Of a DNA stretch of 20,939 nt, positions 16,776 to 20,939 are shown piece by piece. Each line of letters starts with the position of its first letter. Within the stretch, counting starts at the first letter, position 1. The DNA is taken from IMG/VR virus record IMGVR_UViG_3300046318_000589. One strand, given 5' to 3'. Below the pieces are notes generated by a model that ran no database searches, was not told the origin of the DNA, and saw only the letters and a program-made list of their open reading frames with translations. A program made the translations under genes and the position numbers. Source of the stretch: a virus (Duplodnaviria; Heunggongvirae; Uroviricota; Caudoviricetes).

Positions 16776-16945
16776 AAAAATAAATAATGCGTTTTTACAA
16801 CAAGGAGGTAAATAGCAAAATAAATCTTTTTTATACCAAATAGGAGATGGCAAAATAAATCCGATTTACCCCGACTACCAGGAAACCTGTAAGATAAATC
16901 GGATTTATTGCACGAGAAACCCCCACTACGCAGTGATTTACTCGT
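16745..16945 (-). ncRNA. Predicted ~200-nt structured small RNA of unknown family
   Basis: Bounded by a perfect promoter and a terminator. It contains two hairpin domains sharing GUAGU(G/C)GGGGU, a 15-bp perfect stem and two anti-SD repeats; no translatable ORF lies downstream of +1. Confidence 0.65.
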
Positions 16946-16951
16946 AAAGTA

Positions 16952-16980
16952 ATTATAACAAAACAAGTAATCCATGTCAA
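16952..16980 (-). promoter_or_regulatory. Perfect consensus sigma70 promoter driving the intergenic RNA
   Basis: TTGACA-N14-TGT-TATAAT, 1 nt after the gp55 stop; +1 ~16945. Confidence 0.85.
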
Positions 16981-16981
16981 G

Positions 16982-17644
16982 TTAAAAATCATCATCAGCA
17001 TTTTTATGATATTGGTTTATTCCCAAAACAATAGATCGGAGGGATTCTATATTTTCCTCATTCATTAATTGTTTGGGTAATTTTGTCTTTGCTTTTACAT
17101 AATACATCAAATCTTCATTATCCAAGGAATTAACATAACCCCTCGTTTCCAAGGCACTTGTTTTAAAGTTACTATTATCCTCATCGTTACCAAAATCAAC
17201 TTCCATATCATCCAAAAACAATATAAATTCCGTTCTTTTAGCTTTACGCTTATTCTCTTCGCAATATTGTTTGGTAATGGCAGTTTGAACACATCTTGTA
17301 AAGAAACCATAAGCGTTTGGTTTCTTATCGTCCTTATCTTTATAATAATCAGGATTGTAAGAATTTAAAACTTTAAGAACATCCATTAAAACATGACTGT
17401 TCATTTCTTCCTTTTCATCATAGCTTAATCTGCAATGCTTACGACTTTTTAAGTTATTGCGGGATAAATCTATAATACATTTCGATAGTTTATTATCCAC
17501 CAAATGTAACCCATACTTTTCAGTATAGGTTAATTCGGAAGCGTCTTTCCCTAACGATTCGTGGTACTTTTTTAATCTCGCTTTAAAATTCATTACAAGT
17601 GTTTCAAACTCATCTCTATCAATATAATAGTTCTTCTTTATCAT
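16982..17644 (-). CDS. gp55: T4 gp55-like late-transcription sigma factor
   Basis: NYYIDRDEF, KEEMNSH, LNSYNPD and PNAYGFFTRCVQTAI...EENK align by eye with gp55 (NYVNNKEL, KQEMIAD, LHNFDE, NPHAYITQACFNAF...KER). It lies upstream of gp47/46. Confidence 0.85.
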   Translation of the reverse strand: MIKKNYYIDRDEFETLVMNFKARLKKYHESLGKDASELTYTEKYGLHLVDNKLSKCIIDLSRNNLKSRKHCRLSYDEKEEMNSHVLMDVLKVLNSYNPDYYKDKDDKKPNAYGFFTRCVQTAITKQYCEENKRKAKRTEFILFLDDMEVDFGNDEDNSNFKTSALETRGYVNSLDNEDLMYYVKAKTKLPKQLMNEENIESLRSIVLGINQYHKNADDDF

Positions 17645-17665
17645 AAAATCTCCGTCTATAAAGAA

Positions 17666-17694
17666 ATTATGACACTCTTTTTAATTTATGTCAA
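17666..17694 (-). promoter_or_regulatory. Sigma70-type promoter for gp55
   Basis: TTGACA-N14-TGT-CATAAT. Confidence 0.75.
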
Positions 17695-18576
17695 ATTTTT
17701 CTCTTTTTTTCTTTTATCCTTAAAATACCTCTTCATACTCTTCACAAGAACATTAGTGTTGGTGCGGAATATTGGTATATATTCTTCCACATACGAAACA
17801 CCGTCTTTTTTACGGTTTTCCTCCAATGTCGATGTGATGTACACGATTGCGTCCGAAATGTTCTTATTACTCTCCCTGTATAGTTTATGACAAAAATTGA
17901 GGGACGGTACAACTTCAGGAACATATCCAGGTAAAGTCGATAATCCATCAAAGAAGTATATATTTCCAAGTATATAAGAAATACTGTCGTGTAGATATCG
18001 TATATTATGTTTATCTCTTATATATATTTTTATATACTTATTAACTACTTCTTTTCTTTCTTCATAATTTTGGGAAACGAGTATTTTTTCTAAAATATAT
18101 TTGGGGGTAGCGGTATTTCTTTTTAGATATTCAAGATTATGTTCCTCATTTAATAAATCCTTCACATATAAGCAGTAAGCATCTATAATATCTTGTTTTC
18201 TAACTCTTGATTCATAAGTTTCTTCCACAGGATTAAACATTAAATCTAAAAAAGTAAAAGGAATCTCTTCCTCTTCTTGTGTATCTTCTTTTTTTTTAAA
18301 TACTAGACCACCAAAGTAGTTTTCAAACAAAGATAAGTTTTTTGTATTTAATTTTTGATCTAAAGAAGTAATTAAACTATCTAAATAATTATTGAATCCT
18401 TTATGTATTATATTAATATTGGTGAGAGTTTCGTTAAGAAACTCGAACCTATTAAAGTAAATTTTATTACTTATTTTAATATTGCGAAGATGACTAAAGT
18501 CATCTTCCATAAAAATATTGAGTATTTTATCAATACTAAAAATTATTGATCTCTTTTGTTCATGTATATTTAACAT
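17686..18576 (-). CDS. Hypothetical protein
   Basis: 296-aa ORF with GGAGGA RBS and its own promoter; no family recognised. Confidence 0.7.
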   Translation of the reverse strand: MLNIHEQKRSIIFSIDKILNIFMEDDFSHLRNIKISNKIYFNRFEFLNETLTNINIIHKGFNNYLDSLITSLDQKLNTKNLSLFENYFGGLVFKKKEDTQEEEEIPFTFLDLMFNPVEETYESRVRKQDIIDAYCLYVKDLLNEEHNLEYLKRNTATPKYILEKILVSQNYEERKEVVNKYIKIYIRDKHNIRYLHDSISYILGNIYFFDGLSTLPGYVPEVVPSLNFCHKLYRESNKNISDAIVYITSTLEENRKKDGVSYVEEYIPIFRTNTNVLVKSMKRYFKDKRKKEKNLT

Positions 18577-18597
18577 GGTGTATCCTCCGTTAGGAGG

Positions 18598-18626
18598 ATT
18601 ATACCATGGATTCGTAAATAAATCAA
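18598..18626 (-). promoter_or_regulatory. Sigma70-type promoter overlapping an RBS-sequestering hairpin (18582-18599)
   Basis: TTGATT-N14-TGG-TATAAT; hairpin ATCCTCC-N4-GGAGGAT. Confidence 0.7.
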
Positions 18627-18631
18627 ATAAA

Positions 18632-19141
18632 CTAAACTATCGTGATGTCAAGTGTTTGAACTTCAAAGTTCACAGTGATTCTCATCACGGAAGTTGAAGT
18701 TGGATCAAAGGAGGGGTTGCTGATACCAACGGGAAAGCAACCCGTGTATTTTATATAAGCTATGGGAGTTAGATTATCTAAAGAATTTATGATAATTACA
18801 TATATATCTTTATACATACAGGTATTGTCGGGATCGGCTTCGTTATACGTTCCGTATAACTTCATCCAATCCACCAACACCTTATAATTGTATAGATTTT
18901 GTTGTAACTTCATATCTATGATTAATCTTGAGAAGTCATAACGATCAGGGAGGTACTTCGCTGTTCGGTTTCCCAGACCCAGGTAAACTGGGTCTGCGAT
19001 AACCTCAGGCGGAAGCACCGTCTGGATCTTTTGAGTAATGTTTAGATCAGGAATCCATAAGAGAAAATCGTCAGACATCAGGTCTGACGTATTTTCGTTA
19101 CATCTTTGTACTAAATCTGTCAAAACATTTCTACAAATCAT
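18632..19141 (-). CDS. Tail completion / tube-terminator protein (T4 gp3-like, gp19 tube fold)
   Basis: PDRYDFSRL, NLYNYKVLVDW, IIINS, CFPVGISNPSFDPT and VNF follow the gp3/gp19-family pattern. In marine T4-like phages gp3 precedes gp55. Confidence 0.65.
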   Translation of the reverse strand: MICRNVLTDLVQRCNENTSDLMSDDFLLWIPDLNITQKIQTVLPPEVIADPVYLGLGNRTAKYLPDRYDFSRLIIDMKLQQNLYNYKVLVDWMKLYGTYNEADPDNTCMYKDIYVIIINSLDNLTPIAYIKYTGCFPVGISNPSFDPTSTSVMRITVNFEVQTLDITIV

Positions 19142-19160
19142 CTACTCATTTTCCTTATGT

Positions 19161-19357
19161 ACGCTTCGCAATCCTTGACGGATTTGCTCGCTGTTAGTTT
19201 TTACTCTAGGGCTTGTAGCGTAAAGCGAAAAGCCCGATGGTTTCTCTATCTTAATTAGACAATCTGTCTGTTTACTTTAGAACGCTTCGCAATCCTTGAC
19301 GGATTTGCTCGCTGTTTGTTATGAAACGACCGTGCTGTAGCGTTAAGCGAAAGCACG
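19161..19357. repeat. Two ~121-bp units, each with an identical 35-bp repeat and a covarying hairpin; candidate replication origin
   Basis: ACGCTTCGCAATCCTTGACGGATTTGCTCGCTGTT at 19161-19195 and 19282-19316; hairpins at 19209-19235 and 19331-19357. Confidence 0.85.
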
Positions 19358-19513
19358 AAACACCATCTCTTTTTTTAATTAATGGAAACTTTTGTATGAA
19401 ACAAAACACTACGACTTTCTTACGCAAGTCTTGTGTTTTGGAATAAGACGTTTCTCATATATAATAAAATACAAAACCGACAAGAAAAAAAGATTATAAA
19501 AAAAAATAAGTAT

Positions 19514-19546
19514 AAAAAAAACTGTACCCTTTTTACAGGTACAGTT
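19514..19546 (-). terminator. Intrinsic terminator after the 19630-end ORF
   Basis: AACTGTACC/GGTACAGTT 9-bp stem plus a U-tract on the minus strand. Confidence 0.75.
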
Positions 19547-19629
19547 ATAGTGTCTGTTGAAATTACTATATGAGAACCTATAAGGTTTATAATATTAGAA
19601 ACTTTTTATTTTGTTTAAAAAGAAAGCGA

Positions 19630-20937
19630 TTAGGATTTACCGCTTTTACTCCGCCCATTCTTGACTTCTGATTTACACGGATGTTCACCATTAACAAGAC
19701 ACTTCTTTAAATATACAATATTACCAATATATTTAGAGGGGGCATGAGACCCTTGTTTATTTACAGCAGTAGAGATTTTATGAAAACCATCTAGTGACCC
19801 AGTTGCATCATCAATGTTCGTAACTTTCTGGGAGGATAACTGTTCCTTCGTTACTGGTTCGGACGTATTCATCAGGGGACTGTTTAATGGTCGCCCCTTA
19901 GCTTCTGTTAGTTGCCTTACGTTTTTAGTTACTCTAATCTTATAGATGGAGTATTTATTGATGATGTTATTCGCCCCAATGTCCATTAAAAATGAATGCT
20001 GAACGCCAACAATATTATGGAACAGCAAATTTACTTGCGATTCAATAAATTCTTGATCATTACAGTTTCCTAACATTACTTCATTGATACCCCCCCAAGG
20101 ATTTATGCCCTTCGCAAAGAGGTTGTCAACCGAGTGGTTGTTATTATCTTGATGACCGCAATTATTATTAAGGTCATTGGAAGAATTTCTGTTGGTAGCT
20201 ATATGAGAGCGTACCATTGAATATACGTCATTTAAATGTTTCTCAATATGATTATGGTTAATTGAGCTATTATTATAAACATTCTTAATGTCTTGTGTAT
20301 ATTCGTTATATTTATTTAAAAGTATTTCGTTTAATTTATCATTATTATTAACATTCATAGTTTTGAATGTCTTTGCGTAGGGTGATTTAAAAGCTAGTTC
20401 ATTATACTCTTGTTTTGAACGACAATTATAAACACCCACTACAAAACTATCACCTCTATTAAAGCATCTTTTCATTTCATTTGATGCGTAGCGAGAATTG
20501 ATATAGTTATAGAGAGCAACAGCATCTCCCTCCGTTACATCAAAACGTGTTTGAGGAACGAAATGAACCTTACCAACCGTCTTATCAGTGATAACATAAA
20601 TATTTTTTGAGAAAGTATTAATTGCGGGTTGTATTGTGTCAAGGGTTACTACTTGCTCTGGTAGAAGTGCTCTTTGTTCGCTCAATATTGTATTGATAAC
20701 TCTTTTAGTGTGAGAACATACATTATCTAAGCAGTTCACATCGGAAGTAATAAAATCCACCAAATTCTTGTCATATACGTTTTTATCTGCGGAAGTAATA
20801 CTATCAATCACATGATTATTTATTCTATGAAATTCCTTAACAATCAATATTATTTTATCATCATGTTTACCATTAATAAGATCATTAATATGTAAAGCAC
20901 AAGATAACATTGCACCAATTTGGATTTTAACTGCATA
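19630..20937 (-). CDS. Hypothetical protein, 5'-truncated by the window
   Basis: The frame is open from the window end (YAVKIQIGA-MLSC...). It has an Asn-rich central region and no recognised family. Confidence 0.65.
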   Translation of the reverse strand, partial: YAVKIQIGAMLSCALHINDLINGKHDDKIILIVKEFHRINNHVIDSITSADKNVYDKNLVDFITSDVNCLDNVCSHTKRVINTILSEQRALLPEQVVTLDTIQPAINTFSKNIYVITDKTVGKVHFVPQTRFDVTEGDAVALYNYINSRYASNEMKRCFNRGDSFVVGVYNCRSKQEYNELAFKSPYAKTFKTMNVNNNDKLNEILLNKYNEYTQDIKNVYNNSSINHNHIEKHLNDVYSMVRSHIATNRNSSNDLNNNCGHQDNNNHSVDNLFAKGINPWGGINEVMLGNCNDQEFIESQVNLLFHNIVGVQHSFLMDIGANNIINKYSIYKIRVTKNVRQLTEAKGRPLNSPLMNTSEPVTKEQLSSQKVTNIDDATGSLDGFHKISTAVNKQGSHAPSKYIGNIVYLKKCLVNGEHPCKSEVKNGRSKSGKS

Positions 20938-20939
20938 TT

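Noticed and set aside
16841-16859. Plus-strand mini-ORF AGGAG-ATG GCA AAA TAA
   Set aside because: Zero SD spacing and no plus-strand promoter seen. It is read instead as the complement of the minus-strand RNA module.
16911-16945. RNA anti-CRISPR (type I-F repeat mimic) because of CACTGC-GTA
   Set aside because: Only a short partial match to GTTCACTGCCGTATAGGCAGCTAAGAAA; the repeat stem and 3' handle are absent.
16766-16975. 69-aa ORF from the track
   Set aside because: Its ATG lies within the promoter at the -35 edge, it has no RBS, and it runs through the hairpins and terminator.
139-17969. Short antisense or alternate-frame ORFs in the track (e.g. 139-516, 455-793, 1346-1576, 2214-2474, 2673-2933, 2956-3219, 5588-5839, 7109-7291, 7683-7898, 9476-9688, 10565-10789, 12385-12570, 13288-13494, 14261-14590, 15892-16164, 16374-16715, 17107-17310, 17669-17890, 17742-17969)
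   Set aside because: They overlap well-supported genes and show no recognisable motifs. Their hydrophobic bias is expected for the antisense strand of AT-rich coding DNA.
19138-19149. Frameshifted start for the gp3-like gene (ATG AGT AGA TGA after AAGGA)
   Set aside because: The 3-codon ORF overlaps the annotated ATG and could be coupling or chance. The downstream ORF looks complete, so no frameshift is claimed.
19161-19316. CRISPR mini-array
   Set aside because: Only two 35-bp repeats, an 86-bp 'spacer' that is itself structured and partly repeated, and no cas genes.
1-20939. Alternative genetic code (stop-codon reassignment)
   Set aside because: Core genes are full length in code 11, and TAA, TAG and TGA all occur as genuine stops.

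Overview
This is an AT-rich segment of a T4-superfamily (myovirus-like) phage genome in the standard genetic code, with almost all genes on the minus strand. It carries the divergent but syntenic T4 core: gp3-like tail completion, gp55 late sigma, gp47/gp46 nuclease-ATPase, gp45 clamp, gp44/gp62 clamp loader, class Ia ribonucleotide reductase, gp59 and gp32. NrdA contains a Gln-ending LAGLIDADG intein at the catalytic Cys, and NrdB is fused to glutaredoxin. A convergent tape-measure-like gene sits at the left edge. The most notable content is non-coding and was missed by the ORF track. (1) An autonomous Ro60/TROVE cassette between gp47 and gp46 has its own promoter, two Y RNAs (one a circularly permuted tRNA mimic, YrlA-like) and a competing 19-bp hairpin. 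(2) A separate ~200-nt structured RNA between gp55 and gp47 has a perfect sigma70 promoter, a terminator, two repeated hairpin domains and two anti-Shine-Dalgarno/anti-start-codon modules; I cannot assign it to a known family. (3) A ~480-bp intergenic region holds duplicated, covarying hairpin units and may be a replication origin. All family calls come from motif recognition and synteny by eye, not from database searches.
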